A stretch of 64,000 bases of DNA from positions 96,001-160,000 of the forward strand of contig CAVPRW010000045.1 in NCBI GenBank assembly GCA_963707985.1, in the 5' to 3' direction. Each line of letters starts with the position of its first letter. Positions within the stretch are counted from its first letter, which is position 1. This stretch comes from an uncultured Nitrospinota bacterium (GTDB lineage: Bacteria; Tectomicrobia; Entotheonellia; J063; CAVPRW01). This document shows positions 1 through 12,009 of this stretch, in pieces. Below the pieces are notes generated by a model that searched no databases, was not told the DNA's origin, and saw nothing but the letters and a program-made list of their open reading frames with translations. The position numbers and the translations under genes were made by a program.

Positions 1-1315
1 GGACGCCACCAAACCAGATCAACCAACCGACGGAGCGGCCGACCTTGCGTTGAATCTTCCATCGGCTCGAAGGGATTCATCGCGTTGGCGTGACCGTGGA
101 AGGTAAGGTCCACGACCTAATTGAGACGTGGTCATCAATAAAACAGCCGAGCCAGGCCTGGCCAAAGCACGACTGACCCCGTAGTATTTCTGTTATCAGA
201 CATCGACACCATGGAGATACAGAGAGGCGACGACAAACGAGCCTACTTGTCAGCCTGGTTATCCTTGTGGATCGGCTCCCCTGGCCATCCGTCCCAGCCA
301 AACGTCCACGAGGACGACCCAACACGTATTCCGACCGGCTCATCCTGAAGGTGCTGGTCATCATGATCATTCGCCGCCTCTATACGCCTTACGCCTTGCT
401 GACGTTTCTTGACCAGGAGGACCCTGTGGCTCAGCAAGTGCGGCCACTTTTGTAGGAGCACGGGCGGGTTCCGACCCGCCGCACTTGGGAGCGCCGGCTC
501 GCGGCATTCCCCCAGCACTTGCCGGGTTTGATCGGCTGCTTCGGGCGGCATCTGGTGGCAGTGCGCACACCTTGGGCCCACCACGGACGCGCCGTGGCGG
601 TGGACAGCACGCCATTGAAAACGTGTGGCGGGGTCTGGCACAAAAAGCACAAGGACAAAGGCGAGATGCCTCATACCTCGATTGATACGGAAGCGGGGTG
701 GTCGAAGTCTGGGTGGCACGGCTGGTGGTATGGCTGGAAACTGCATCTGGCCGTGGTGCTCGGGTCGGTCTGATCCCCCTGGCCGCAGAGCTGACGGCAG
801 CCAATACTGCGGATAATACGATTGCGCCCCGGCTGTTGGCTCCCCTGCCCGCTGAAGTGCGCTATGTCCTGGGGGACACCCCCTATAATGCTCCAGAGGT
901 ACGAGTCCTGTGCGAGCAGACCGATCGGGCGTTGGTGGCAACCCAGCGCGGGGCCTACCCGCATCATGATGATGGAGTGGACGTCCGGCGTATCTTCCAT
1001 AAGCTCCGCTCCCAGGCCATTGAACCGTTCAATGGTTTGTTCAAAAACGTCTTTGAGTGGCGCACCCAGATGCCCGTGAAAGGTTTGCAGCGCTCACAGC
1101 TGCTGGCGGTGGGGGCGATGGTCATTTATCAGCTGGTGTTGCGTTATCAACACGAGCACAATCTCCCCCTTGGCAAGGGGATCAAGCCCCTCTTGAGGGC
1201 AGCATGATTTATGACCACGTCTCACCTAATTGAAGGCCTCAACGAGATACCCATCAAAATCCTTCGCTTGTTTGGGGAAGAAGTTTGTCAACTTAATCAA
1301 ATTTCCCCCGCTTAG
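1..1315 (+). pseudogene. IS1634-family transposase C-terminal remnant, split by an IS982-like element
   Basis: 1-122 reads INQPTERPTLR*IFHRLEGIHRVGVTVEGKVHDLI. The frame resumes at 1224-1315 as LIEGLNEIPIKILRLFGEEVCQLNQISPA*, a typical IS1634 tail. There is one internal TGA. Confidence 0.75.
123..1223 (+). mobile_element. IS982-like insertion sequence, transposase disrupted
   Basis: TIR GAGACGTGGTCAT at 123 and its reverse complement ending at 1223. 8-bp TSD ACCTAATT at 115-122 and 1224-1231. DDE motifs AVDSTPL, WYGWKLHL, LGDTPYN and RSQAIEPFN are spread over ORFs 267-455, 519-773 and 698-1207. Confidence 0.85.
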
Positions 1316-1384
1316 GGGTTGCGCAATGTCGCGTCTAAGAGTTTAAATATCTTAAAATGTTCATAAATTTTATTATATTAAAAA

Positions 1385-3319
1385 ATGCGTGAATACCTTC
1401 CTTCTACAAAAGTTTATCGGAATGTTTTAGATACCATAGGAAGCTTAATGAGCTATCAGAAGTTTGAATATCATAGGAGAATAGCGCTACTACTTATTTT
1501 CGCTTTTGGTTTGTTATTTCGTGTCATGTATTTCCAAACTCTTGCTAATACGGCCTTTCTTAAGCTCCCCCTTATTTACACACAGTCAGATATGTATACC
1601 TTTTGGGAATGGGCACAAAAGATCCTAGAGGGTGACTTACTCGGAAGAGATACATATCATTATCACTATAAATGGATGGGAGACCTCGCTTCGCAGGAAA
1701 CTTGGTATCGCTGGTGGGGAGGCAAGGAGATATTTCAGCAAGCCCCCCTCTACCCCTACTGGGTGGCCGGCATTCTGGTCTTATCGAACATCTCAATTGA
1801 ATTTGTAATCTTCTTCCAGCTTGTACTCGGGTCGCTGCATTCAATAGTCATGTATTATCTCGCACGTCGCGTTTTTAAGGAAAATGTTGGCATGGTTGCA
1901 GCTGCATTTACGGCGATTTATGGTCCGTTTATCTTTAGTCAAGGGGTATTATTGCGTGATTGGATTCCGCCGATGCTAGAACCATTAGCTCTTCTGGCAC
2001 TTCTGAAGGCGCAGTCGCATAGAAAGGCTTATCACTGGTGTCTAGCAGGTGCGATGCTGGGTTTAGCTGTTTTGACTAAAGAGACCATCTTGCTATTTCT
2101 CCCCTTCGCTTTCACATGGATACTTGTGGCCAATCGAAAAACTACCGACCAAGCATGCTCTTCCGTAGGACTTGTTGCCCTTGGCCTGCTATTGACGCTG
2201 TCTCCTCTTTTTGTACGGAATGCTCTGGTTGGTGCGCCCCTTTTCTCCATCTCGAACCGGACTGCCGAGGCGCTTATCGCAGGAAACGCCGCGGATGGTC
2301 TTCCGCTTGGCCTCTTCCATCCTCCGTCAATGAAGGTCATCCTGGAACGGTCTGAGGGGCGAACGTTCGCTGTCATTGGGGAAACCTTCAAGACGTACGC
2401 CGATAATCCTTATCGCTTTGTTGAGCTTCAACTCCTCAAACTCCGAGGAATTGCAGATCCTTTCGAGATCCCAAACAACTTGAATTTCATGTATGGTTTG
2501 GAAATCTCCCCTATTCTCCGCCTTACGTTACGTTATAGCATGATAGCCCCTCTAGCTGTGGTAGGATTCCTTTGTTCGCTGAAGATATGGAGGCAGCATC
2601 TCCTTATTGGGCTCTATGGGCTAGCGACTTTGGGAAGTCTTATGTCCACTATCATCCTAGGGAGGTATCGACTGGTTCTTGTGTCATTTTTGATCGTTTA
2701 TGCGGCTGTGGGGGTCTCCACCATCATCGACAAGCTTCGTCGCAAACAAATGTTCAGGGCGATGGCTGTAGTAGCTCTGACTCTTGGCATCGTGGGGATC
2801 CAGAACCGGTTATTGCCGATTCCTTTTCTTCGGATGATGCCAGAATTTTCCATTGACGCTCCAACATATTTTCTCTCAGCACATATCTATGCAGCAGATG
2901 GCAGGTTTGATCGTGCGTTAGAGGAATTACGGCGTCTCCGACATCAAGGGCAGCAATATCCTAACGTTCCTGAACAACTGCGGAGCATTTCTCTCTACGA
3001 AGGAGACTTTCGGGCAGCTTGGGCTATGCAATTATTGGATGAGGGTCGACCAGAACCTGCGCGAGAGCAGCTAGGGCTCGCAGAAGCCACTTACGCCGAT
3101 CATTTCCACCTCAGCAGGCCACATTACAACCTGGGGCTTCTATATTTAAGGTTCTCCGAACTCTCAAAGACTCAGGCGCTTTTCGAACGCTTTCTGGAGG
3201 TTGAATCAGAAGGGACGAGGGCAGATAGTGTAAGGCAACTTCTCTCTGGACTTAAACGTCCCAACGCATCGGACCCCTTATCTGGGACTGTGGAGCAAAA
3301 AGGGAGCGGTCATGATTGA
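1385..3319 (+). CDS. GT-C fold (ArnT/PMT-like) membrane glycosyltransferase with C-terminal TPR
   Basis: 644 aa with many TM helices. SDMYTFWEWA loop, APLYPY motif and RYRL motif. TPR-like HYNLGLLYL near the C-terminus. Low GC. Confidence 0.8.
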   Translation: MREYLPSTKVYRNVLDTIGSLMSYQKFEYHRRIALLLIFAFGLLFRVMYFQTLANTAFLKLPLIYTQSDMYTFWEWAQKILEGDLLGRDTYHYHYKWMGDLASQETWYRWWGGKEIFQQAPLYPYWVAGILVLSNISIEFVIFFQLVLGSLHSIVMYYLARRVFKENVGMVAAAFTAIYGPFIFSQGVLLRDWIPPMLEPLALLALLKAQSHRKAYHWCLAGAMLGLAVLTKETILLFLPFAFTWILVANRKTTDQACSSVGLVALGLLLTLSPLFVRNALVGAPLFSISNRTAEALIAGNAADGLPLGLFHPPSMKVILERSEGRTFAVIGETFKTYADNPYRFVELQLLKLRGIADPFEIPNNLNFMYGLEISPILRLTLRYSMIAPLAVVGFLCSLKIWRQHLLIGLYGLATLGSLMSTIILGRYRLVLVSFLIVYAAVGVSTIIDKLRRKQMFRAMAVVALTLGIVGIQNRLLPIPFLRMMPEFSIDAPTYFLSAHIYAADGRFDRALEELRRLRHQGQQYPNVPEQLRSISLYEGDFRAAWAMQLLDEGRPEPAREQLGLAEATYADHFHLSRPHYNLGLLYLRFSELSKTQALFERFLEVESEGTRADSVRQLLSGLKRPNASDPLSGTVEQKGSGHD

Positions 3320-4058
3320 GATTATCGTCTTTGCCTTTGGCCTGATTATTGGAAGTTTTTGTAATGTCGTCATCTATCGGCTTCCCCTAGGAAAATCAAT
3401 CGTAACGCCAGCCTCGCAGTGTCGATTCTGCCGCAGTTACATTCGTCCGTGGGATAATATCCCTCTGCTAAGTTATTTTTTGCTTAGGGGGCGGTGTCGG
3501 TTTTGTCAAGAGCCCATCTCCATGCGTTATCCTGCAGTAGAATGCATTTCCGGCACACTATTTGTGTTGCTTTATCTTAAGTTCGAGCTCACTATGACCT
3601 TCATCGTATATGCACTTCTGACGTCAGCTCTTTTGGTCATTGCTTTGATCGATCTCGACCATAAAATCATCCCTAACACCATCACTTTACCTGGTATGGC
3701 GGTGGGGCTTGGCTTGAGTTTAGTGGCTTTACCAATCACACCTCTAGCGTCGCTGTATGGTCTTATAATCGGCGGCGCGATTTTCTATCTGATGGCATTT
3801 ATCTCAAAAGGTGGAATGGGAGGCGGCGACATTAAACTGATCGCCATGATTGGAGCATTCTTGGGATTGCAGGGTGGGCTCTTTACGATCTTTACTAGTG
3901 CACTGTTAGGTTCTGTAGTAGGACTAACGCTAATGTTGCTCCGGAAAAAGGGGCGAAAAGATCGTATACCTTTTGGCCCATTTCTTTCCTGCGGGGCAAT
4001 CATTTTCATGCTCTCTGGGGATTACCTTATAGAAAGGTACCTCAATCTGTTCTCTTAA
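3312..4058 (+). CDS. pilD: Type IV prepilin peptidase / N-methyltransferase (A24)
   Basis: GSFCNVVIYRLP, two CxxC pairs, IDLDHKIIP, GMGGGDIKL and IPFGPFL. Overlaps the upstream gene by 8 bp. Confidence 0.95.
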   Translation: MIEIIVFAFGLIIGSFCNVVIYRLPLGKSIVTPASQCRFCRSYIRPWDNIPLLSYFLLRGRCRFCQEPISMRYPAVECISGTLFVLLYLKFELTMTFIVYALLTSALLVIALIDLDHKIIPNTITLPGMAVGLGLSLVALPITPLASLYGLIIGGAIFYLMAFISKGGMGGGDIKLIAMIGAFLGLQGGLFTIFTSALLGSVVGLTLMLLRKKGRKDRIPFGPFLSCGAIIFMLSGDYLIERYLNLFS

Positions 4059-4754
4059 TGCAAAGAATCGCTGAAATTTTCTACCTTCCCACACGGTGGT
4101 TAGCCAATACTCCTATGTGATGTGAAATCACGTAGTAACTACTGATTATGTCGATTCTTTTCTCACACAACAAGATTCGTTAGATATTAATACAGCTGTT
4201 GATGTCCCTCTTCCTCCACGCATTTGCGTCATAGACCCACTTAAACGATAAAATAAACTACGAATCTATCCCACTATTAATCGGTGAACCGATATATGGA
4301 TGCTCGCGATGGCCAGAAACGCTTCGAACCATGCCGCCATACGCTCCCCCCGGACCATCCGGCGGCGATACGTCTTCTGGAACCACGCAAACGTACGCTC
4401 GGCTTGGAACCGGGGCACCGTTTGTTTAATGGGTCTGCCTCGGGTGTTCGTTGGTCTTCCAGACGCGCGTGGGGTCTGCGCCCGCATGCCACGCTGCCGG
4501 AGCCGCCGCCGCAGGGCTTTCGCATCCTCTCCTGTGTCGGTGGCAAGGACGTTGAGACGTGTGCGGGGGCGGCCGCGGGGGCCCGTCCGCACCTTGACCG
4601 CATCGCGCCGCGGCATCACCTGGGCGCGCTCATCCCCATGGGCCGGCGTGGTGCGATGCGCCAAGGGCCTGCCATCGCCCGCCGTGAGACTATGGATGAG
4701 GCCCCCCTGGCCTGGTGCCGCCACGGGCGACGCCCTCACCCCCACCCTTCCCAG

Positions 4755-6151
4755 CTTACAAGGGGAGGTTTTTTGAAAATCAGGTGATGTGACTTCCCTC
4801 CTACGGCATACTGTGGGGTGTGCAAGGACCCACTACCGTACGGAGGGAAGCCATGTTTTGCCAGGCCGGATTCGACCAATGGCGGACCACTATCATGCAG
4901 CATCTGCCCCATTTGAGCAAGCCCCAGGCCACCGTGTTGGCCCTGTGGAGCTTCGGCATGGTGCTGGCCCGCTCGTGTGCCTTGACGGCGGTCAGTCACT
5001 TCTTGGCCAAGGGGATGAAACGCCAGGAGCAGACCGTGCGGCAGCAGCTACGCGAATGGTACTACGATGTCCCACGTAAGCGCGGCACGAAACGGCAAGC
5101 CTTGCCTGTCGAGACCTGTTTCCCCGTCTTGCTGAGCTGGGTGGTGAGTTGGTGGCACGGCACACAACTGGCCCTGGCCCTGGATGCCACGGCGTTGGGG
5201 ACGCGGTTTGTCGTCTTGGCGATCAGTGTGGTCTATCGCGGGTGTGCCATTCCAGTCGCCTGGGTGGTGCTGCCGGCCAATACCAAACATGCCTGGCGGC
5301 GCGAATGGCTGCGGCTGTTGCGGCAGCTGCGGCCAGCCATCCCACGCGGTTGGCAGGTGATCGTGTTGACGGATCGGGGCTTGTATGCCCCATGGCTGTT
5401 TTGGCGGATTGTGCGCTTGGGCTGGCACCCGTTTTTGCGCATCAACACGGGCGGTACCTTTCGGCCCGCCGGGGCACCGTGCTTTCGCCCCTTGAAAAGC
5501 TTTGTGCCGACGCCAGGCACGCGCTGGCGGGGCCGGGGCACGGCCTTTCAGAAAGCGGGCCGGCAGGTGGAGTGCACCCTGTTGGCCTTGTGGGAGGACG
5601 GCTATAAGGACCCGTGGTTGATCCTGACTGATCTGCCTCCTGAGGCCAGTGATGCGGCCTGGTATGGGCTGCGCGCCTGGATTGAACAGGGCTTTAAAAT
5701 CACCAAGCGTGCCGGGTGGCAGTGGCACCGCACGCGCATGACTGATCCGGAGCGGGCGGCACGGCTGTGGTTGGCCGTCGCCGTCGCGACGTTGTGGTTG
5801 CTCAGTGTGGGTGGCGAAGCGGACGAGACGATTCCCGCCAGCACGCTGCTGGACGTCACGGCGCTGTGCCCGGGGCGTCCACGGACACGCCGGGCGACCC
5901 GGCTGCGGCTGGTGAGCGTGTTTCGCCAGGGCTGGGTGGCCCTGTTGGTCGCCTTGCTGCGCCAGGAGCCGTTGCCGGAGGGCCGCTTTGTCCCGGAACC
6001 CTGGCCAGCGGTGCCTCCGTGGGAAGAAGTGACCTGCGAGCCACAGCTGGCCCTGCCGGAGGCCGCATGAGAGGCCAAGAGAGAGCCGAGGGTGGTATCT
6101 GGAGCAAAAACGATGCATATCAATGCCTTATGAAAAACCTCCCCTTGTAAG
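4755..6151 (+). mobile_element. IS4-family insertion sequence, apparently intact
   Basis: Perfect 19-bp TIR CTTACAAGGGGAGGTTTTT. 12-bp TSD CACCCTTCCCAG at 4743-4754 and 6152-6163. Confidence 0.92.
4853..6070 (+). CDS. IS4-family DDE transposase
   Basis: Uninterrupted ORF with LALDAT, VLTDRGL, PWLILTD and a YREK-like YGLRAWIEQGFK motif. Confidence 0.9.
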   Translation: MFCQAGFDQWRTTIMQHLPHLSKPQATVLALWSFGMVLARSCALTAVSHFLAKGMKRQEQTVRQQLREWYYDVPRKRGTKRQALPVETCFPVLLSWVVSWWHGTQLALALDATALGTRFVVLAISVVYRGCAIPVAWVVLPANTKHAWRREWLRLLRQLRPAIPRGWQVIVLTDRGLYAPWLFWRIVRLGWHPFLRINTGGTFRPAGAPCFRPLKSFVPTPGTRWRGRGTAFQKAGRQVECTLLALWEDGYKDPWLILTDLPPEASDAAWYGLRAWIEQGFKITKRAGWQWHRTRMTDPERAARLWLAVAVATLWLLSVGGEADETIPASTLLDVTALCPGRPRTRRATRLRLVSVFRQGWVALLVALLRQEPLPEGRFVPEPWPAVPPWEEVTCEPQLALPEAA

Positions 6152-6740
6152 CACCCTTCCCAGGGGGAACAAGCGCCATCCACGGCGCCAGACGCCCCAT
6201 GAATCATCCCGCGTGCCTCGGCCAGCCCCAGCACCCGCGCCGGCATCGTCGCCAAGGTGCCGTCCGCCTGCCAGCGCTGCACCCATCGATGGGCCGCACT
6301 TGTTGAAGCCCAGCGAGGTCCCCGCGGCGTATCGCACCTGCGACAGCCTGTGATCAAGAGGTACCACCACGTATTGACGACCTTGCGACACGGCGTATGC
6401 GGCATCCCCCGCCCTCGCTTGGTGGGCTCTGGGGGCATGAGGTCGACACATAAGCGCCACTCCAGCTCCCTCAAGCCCGCGAATCGGCCTACCATACGGT
6501 CCTCCTTTCGTGCTGGAAGACAGGATAGCAAGAATGGCATATTAGTGGGATAGATTCAGATGTGTATCGTCTTGTTTTTGTCAATTGAGATGGGGAGCAG
6601 ATGATCATCGAAAATGGGTCCACCTTGCCCACAGGGATGAGATGATCGTGGGATCACCTCCGTAGTTTAGTCCGTCGCCTATCGTCGTCGGGGCTGTGGC
6701 CGGGGGGGCTTTCTGGGTAGGTTTTTAAGAAGGTATAAAT

Positions 6741-8257
6741 GAGACTGTAGCATCGTTACAGAGTTTTTCTAGCGTTGACAGCGGGCATTGGTCGATGTAT
6801 CTAGGTGAACAGCGCATTCACGGGAGGACATCGCCATGCCCGAACCCGGTGAATACCGTGCCGACGTGCCAGAGGGTATCACACGTGTCGAAGACCTGCC
6901 CAAGGCCAAAGTTCGCCCGTGCAGCCGCAACTCCAAAGGGCGCAAGTGCCCTCGTTGCGGCACAAGAGCCTCTCGACTGCGGCGTGTCGAACGTCTCCTA
7001 CACGACCTCGGTGACCTGGTGTCCGGGCACCCCCACGATATGCACATCACCTATGCTCAGCATCACTGTTGCCGCTGCGGCCATTATTGCAACGCCAATA
7101 CGTCTGACTTGGCCCTTCCCGGGAGCCATGACACGCACCGAGTCGTGACCGTCGCCGTACGCTGAGTCGTGGAGGATGGGTTGCCATATCGGGCCGCCTC
7201 GTGGCACCTGTGGCGTGACCACCGGGTCTGCGTCCCCTACGCCACCCTGGAAAATTGGGTGGCGGCCCGTGGGAAAAAAAGCGGCCAAGCGGACGGCGGA
7301 GGACGACCGCACGTGGGCCCTCGCTGACTTCTCCGGGTACCTCGCTGCCGACGAACTCGACGATGGGCCCTTCGGTGGACGGTCTATGGTCGCTAACCGC
7401 CGGTTCACACGGCTCGTCTAGGAAGGCCTCGACCACAACCCTCCCCACGAAGACATCCGGCGCTGTGTCGGGCGCTTGAAGGCGGCCCTCGACGCCCGCC
7501 ACCTGACCGTCTTGGGGATCACCACCGATGCCGCGCCACTCGATCCCGGACCGATGGCCGAGATCTTTGGCCACGTCCCCCACCAGATCGGCGCCTTCCA
7601 CACCGTGGCCGAGATCACGAAGGCCGTGCTCAAGGCTGTCGCCAGGGTGCGTCAGACGCTCACGGCGCCTTTACCCAAGCTCCCGCGCGGCCGGCCGGCG
7701 TCGAAGGCCGCGACGCACAAGGCCCACGCGAAACCTGCGCTGCGGCCGCACGTCGCCGACCTCTTCGACCACCGCTTCCTTTGCGTCCAGCCCTTCCTGA
7801 CCCCTGCCGCGCGGCCGACCCTTGCGCGGCTCAGTCACGGACATCAGGAGCGGCATGCGCTGCGGGAGATTCTGGACGAAGTCTATCGTCGCTTTGACCG
7901 CCGCTGTCGGAGCGCGACAGCCTTGCAGACGCTCGCCAAGCTGCGCCGACGAGTCCGCCGCTTCACGAAGGTCGGGAAGACCCTCCAGAACCTCTGCAGT
8001 CCCAACTGGGAAAAGGCCCTCACGTTCCTTGACGATCAGCGCCTGCCGTCGACCGCCAACGCTGGGGAACGCGGCAACCGCCGTCACCGCAAGAGGCAGA
8101 AAACCGTCTCCCGCGTGCGCACGCAAGCACACATCAGTCACCGCATCGCCCTCGACATGCGGCGCGATGCCCAGGCCGAAGGGCGCCACCAGACGACACG
8201 TATGCTCCATCGGGCCGGGGTGGATTAGGCATCATTCTGTAACGATGCTACAGTCTC
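6741..8257 (+). mobile_element. IS with zinc-ribbon + DDE transposase (family not assigned), ORF decayed
   Basis: Perfect 22-bp TIR GAGACTGTAGCATCGTTACAGA. 8-bp TSD GTATAAAT at 6733-6740 and 8258-8265. CPRCG and CCRCG zinc ribbons, AADE, GITTD, PSTANAGERGNRRHRK. Contains stops and frameshifts. Confidence 0.85.
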
Positions 8258-8368
8258 GTATAAATTAACAATACTGCGGACAGAATTTAAGCAGCCACGT
8301 CATCAATGGTGCCGTCATGGCAAAGTTCCTCATAGACGGCGCTGTATTTTTCTCATCTGCCCTCAGTA

Positions 8369-10037
8369 CTCGTCAGTCATAAATTCACACACGTCAGCCA
8401 TGAGGGTCTCGTTCGCGAGAGGGTCAGGAGCAAAAACCTCAGCGTTGACGACCTTGAGCAGTTCTTGCTCGGGGTCGTTCGGCGCACCAGGAGCGTGCGG
8501 TCATACTCCGGTTGCCATTAACGGCAATGTCACCAAGGACGCGACATTACGGAAATGCCGTCGCAGCTCCTGAGCGAGGACGGCTTTGACGGTGCGCTCC
8601 GACGGCAAGGCACGACGGCGCGTGCGGAGAAACAGATGGAACCCGTCCCAGACCTGCGCGTGCAACTTCAGCGCCACCAGCTGGAGCAACCCGATGGCGA
8701 TACAGCCCAACATGACAAAACGCTCGCACGCCTCCCAGGTCCTCTGAACGGCCTCCAGATGCTCTGTGTGCGGTGCTTGCGGGTGGCATGCTTGGTGGGT
8801 TTGCGTGAGTGCCGAGGCAAGCGCTTGGACCAGAAGCGATAGGCGAAAACCCCCAGGACACTTTTGCGCATGGCCAACAGGGTTTCAATGCGCACCCTGG
8901 CACCATACCACGTCAGGGCCATCAGCGGGTCGCTTTCCAGGTCACGACACATGAGCACCAATGGGGCCGCGGCTGGTGATCGCAAAGACAACGCGGAGGG
9001 GCGCGTGTATGGGCTTCCACAACAGATTCAGTCCCAGGTAGGAGACGGATTCGACGTGGCCATAGACGGTACACGAGGCGGTGTGAAACGGCTCCTTGTG
9101 GGTTTCGAAGACCGCGGTGAGGGGGAGGGCTTTTCCATCGATGGGGGGACGACCTCGCGAGGGTGTGGCCCGCGGTGGGGCTGGTTCATAGGCCACATAG
9201 TTCTTCTTGGCTCGCGTCACGATGGTCAGGAACGGTTGTTGAAGGCGAAGCGACCACCGCGACGCAGGCGAGGTGCAGGACCGGGGCAATCGCGAAGCAG
9301 GCGTCGAGGACGAGGAGAGAGGGCGTGTCATGACGTACCGCACACTCCAAGGCCATGGAGACCAGCCGCACCGCCAGGGTGGGCCGTTGGGCCTCGTCCG
9401 TCTTGTCATCGTGCACGTGGGCGAAACCCTGATGTCAGCGGGCTTCAAGGGGCAGGCAAAAGGCCTGGGACCATGATCCGACCAGGAGGCCCACAAGGCC
9501 CCACTGATGCCCCCGGACATAGGTGGGTTGGCTCTGGGTTTCGCTCTCTTGAGGCAGGGTGACGACGCCGGGCATCCGTCTGGCGTCTTTGACCACATAG
9601 GTATGGTCGCCCACCAGCACCGGACGCCCCTGAACCATGACCGCCACGTGTTGGGCCATCACCAGACGGCTCCAGTACACCACCACGGCATCGAGACACC
9701 AGGCAGACGCATGGAAAAAGTGCAGCAGTTGGTGATCACCTGGCTCCTCCATATGCCAGAAGCGACAGAGCGAGGTGATACCCTCAACGTGGTGGCTGCC
9801 AATACAAGCCGAGGATGACCGCACAGAACATGGTCCATGGCAGATGGCGTGCAAAGAGGGGACGAAACGTCGAAAGCATCTGGGCAAGGTAGCGCAGAGC
9901 AGGCATCAGTCTTCTCCTGTGGTCCACGATGGGATCGAGGAGAATGATCGTATGCCTTTTCTCTTTTTTCGCTACCCTGCGTTTTGCAGAATCCCTTCTC
10001 GGTCTCCAGCTTGAACCGAGAACTTATGACTCGCGAG
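8369..10037 (-). mobile_element. IS701/IS4-like element, decayed
   Basis: Imperfect TIRs CTCGTCAGTCATAA and CTCGCGAGTCATAA. 6-bp TSD TCAGTA at 8363-8368 and 10038-10043. Motifs VGDHTYVVKDARRMPGV, VLDACF and YGARVRIE. Confidence 0.8.
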
Positions 10038-10534
10038 TCAGTAGCTCAATGGTCTAAAATTCGATCGACGAGATGTTGATTGAACTACCGTCGCTTGAGA
10101 CGTGCCATGGAGAAAGGGGCACGAGGCTTCTCGGAGCTCTGGCGCGCCTCCAGCTTTGCGAAGCTCACGGCGCTCAGACTCGCATGCAAATGACAGCGCC
10201 ACGTGTCAGCAGAGCGCGCCTGGCCATCGTTCAGGCCCGTAAACTGTGTGGCGTCGCGGAACAGACATTCGATCTGGAAGCGCGCTTTGTCATACCGGTC
10301 GATCGTCTTGGCGGACAGCGCGACATCCGTGCTGAAGAGCAGGGCATACCGGCCGGTGGGCAGGTGGCGCACCACCACCAAGTGGCGATGACGCTTTCAC
10401 TGGGGATGATTGACCACCTGAGAGTGGCGTGTGCTGTCGGCATCACCCGCATCGAGCTCCTCAAAATGCGCCAGATGGCGGACGTCGACTTTCCCGTCGT
10501 AGGTTTTGGGGCGTCCAGGGCCAGCCCCGCGTGG

Positions 10535-11490
10535 CAGCAATTCTCATTTTGATTTTTAAGGGTCCTGAGTTGCCGGTCTCCAGCGAGGGATGCTACGATC
10601 GCAGGCTTTCCCCCACAAGCAGAGGAGGCTGGTCTATGACGAAAGCCTTGGCGTTTGATCCCCTCGTGCAGGCACTCCACGCGCAGTTGGCCTCGTTGCC
10701 GGATGACCGACAGGGGAAGAATATCCACGACGCGATCAAAGCTGCTGCCCTGGGCGCGTTTGCGGTCTTCTGTACCCCGTCGCCCTCGTTTGTGGCCTAT
10801 CAGCGGACGATGAAACCGGTCAAAGGGCGGAGCTATGCTGACCGTCTCTTTGGGATAGGTGACAGGCCCTGTGCTCATCAGATCCGGACATGGCTCGATC
10901 CCGTGGCCCCGGCCCAGCTGTTTCCGGTGTTTGCCGGCGTGTATGACGCCCTGGAAAGCGCTGGGCACTCGTCGTCGTGGCGAGTCTTCACGGACCAGCT
11001 GCTGCTCGCCTTGAATGGCACCGCATATGTTGCGTCGCACGAGATTCATGGTGATCGTTGTTCTCAGCGCACTCATCGCCATGGAGCGGTGACCTATGTT
11101 CACCAAGTCATCCCGCCGGTCATGGTCGCTCCTGGGAAACATGCGGTCATCCCCTTGGAGCCAGAGTTCATCACGCCGCCAGATGGTCATGAGCAGCAGG
11201 ACGGTGCACAGGTGGCTGCCAAGCGGTGGATGGCAGGCCACGCCAACCACTCTCAGCAGGTGACCATCTGAGGGGACGATCTCTACGGCCAACAACCCTG
11301 TTGTGCACTCCTACTCCACCACGGCTGCCACTTCATCGTGGTCTGCAAGCCCGAGTCGCACACAACGCTGGACGAGTGGCTGGCTGGGGTCGAAGCTGCG
11401 GGAGATCTTCAGCAGTGCACCATCCGCCGCTGGCATGGACGCGTTCACACCGTCCATACCTCTCGGTATGCCAACGAGGTCCCTCTACAT
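10535..11490 (+). mobile_element. ISNCY-type transposase remnant, 3' end missing
   Basis: Left end CAGCAATTCTCA. LPDDRQGKN..GAFAVF..SPSF, PEFITPPDGHEQQD and AAKRW. The right boundary is approximate. Confidence 0.7.
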
Positions 11491-12009
11491 GGGTCTGTTC
11501 CACACTGCGTGTATAAGCACGGTTATGGGTCACAGCAATCCACGCACGTGTGGCCATCTCCAAGCCCCGCTCCGCTCGGCTATGGGTACCGTTCCAGAAC
11601 AGGTCGAGGCCGTAGGTGTGCGTCCCGCTTGTGGGCACGACACTCGGGTCCAAGGCGAGGACGTGCTCGTGGCTGTGGGGAACAACGTCGACCATAGCCG
11701 CGTGGTTGAGGCTGACAACATCCACGTCGCGCGCAAAGCAGCGCGCAAAGGTTTTTTCCTGAGACGGACTGTAGCGGCTCAAATGACGGCATGTCATGCG
11801 GCCTGGCCGCATGAGCCTCAAGCGCCTCAGGGGACACAAGCATTTCTGCTGGGGTTTCTTGAGGTGTTGCACGCGTATCCGTACCCTCTCAAACAGCCGC
11901 ACGGTTCGTGCTCCTTGTCGGTCGAGGGGGATACTCAACCTTCGTGGATGACGACTCGTGTGGCGACCCTTTCATCAACGAAAACTGTCCGCAGTATTGA
12001 ATTAATAAA

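Larger units (their letters stand above)
4262..6557 (-). mobile_element. IS5-family element (decayed), interrupted by an IS4-family element
   Basis: TIR GAATCTATCCCACTA at 4262 and its reverse complement ending at 6557. N-terminal part (RGRGMPHTPCRKVVNT..LITGCR) at 6160-6495. C-terminal part (RFQAERTFAWF) at 4266-4745. Confidence 0.8.
8269..11999 (-). mobile_element. IS701/IS4-like element hosting two further IS
   Basis: Perfect 15-bp TIR CAATACTGCGGACAG. 6-bp TSD AATTAA at 8263-8268 and 12000-12005. Transposase pieces at 11490-11900 (FWNGTHSRAERGLE), 10040-10534 (LFSTD..ARFQIECLFRDA) and 8287-8368 (YEELCHDGTIDDVAA*). Confidence 0.82.
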
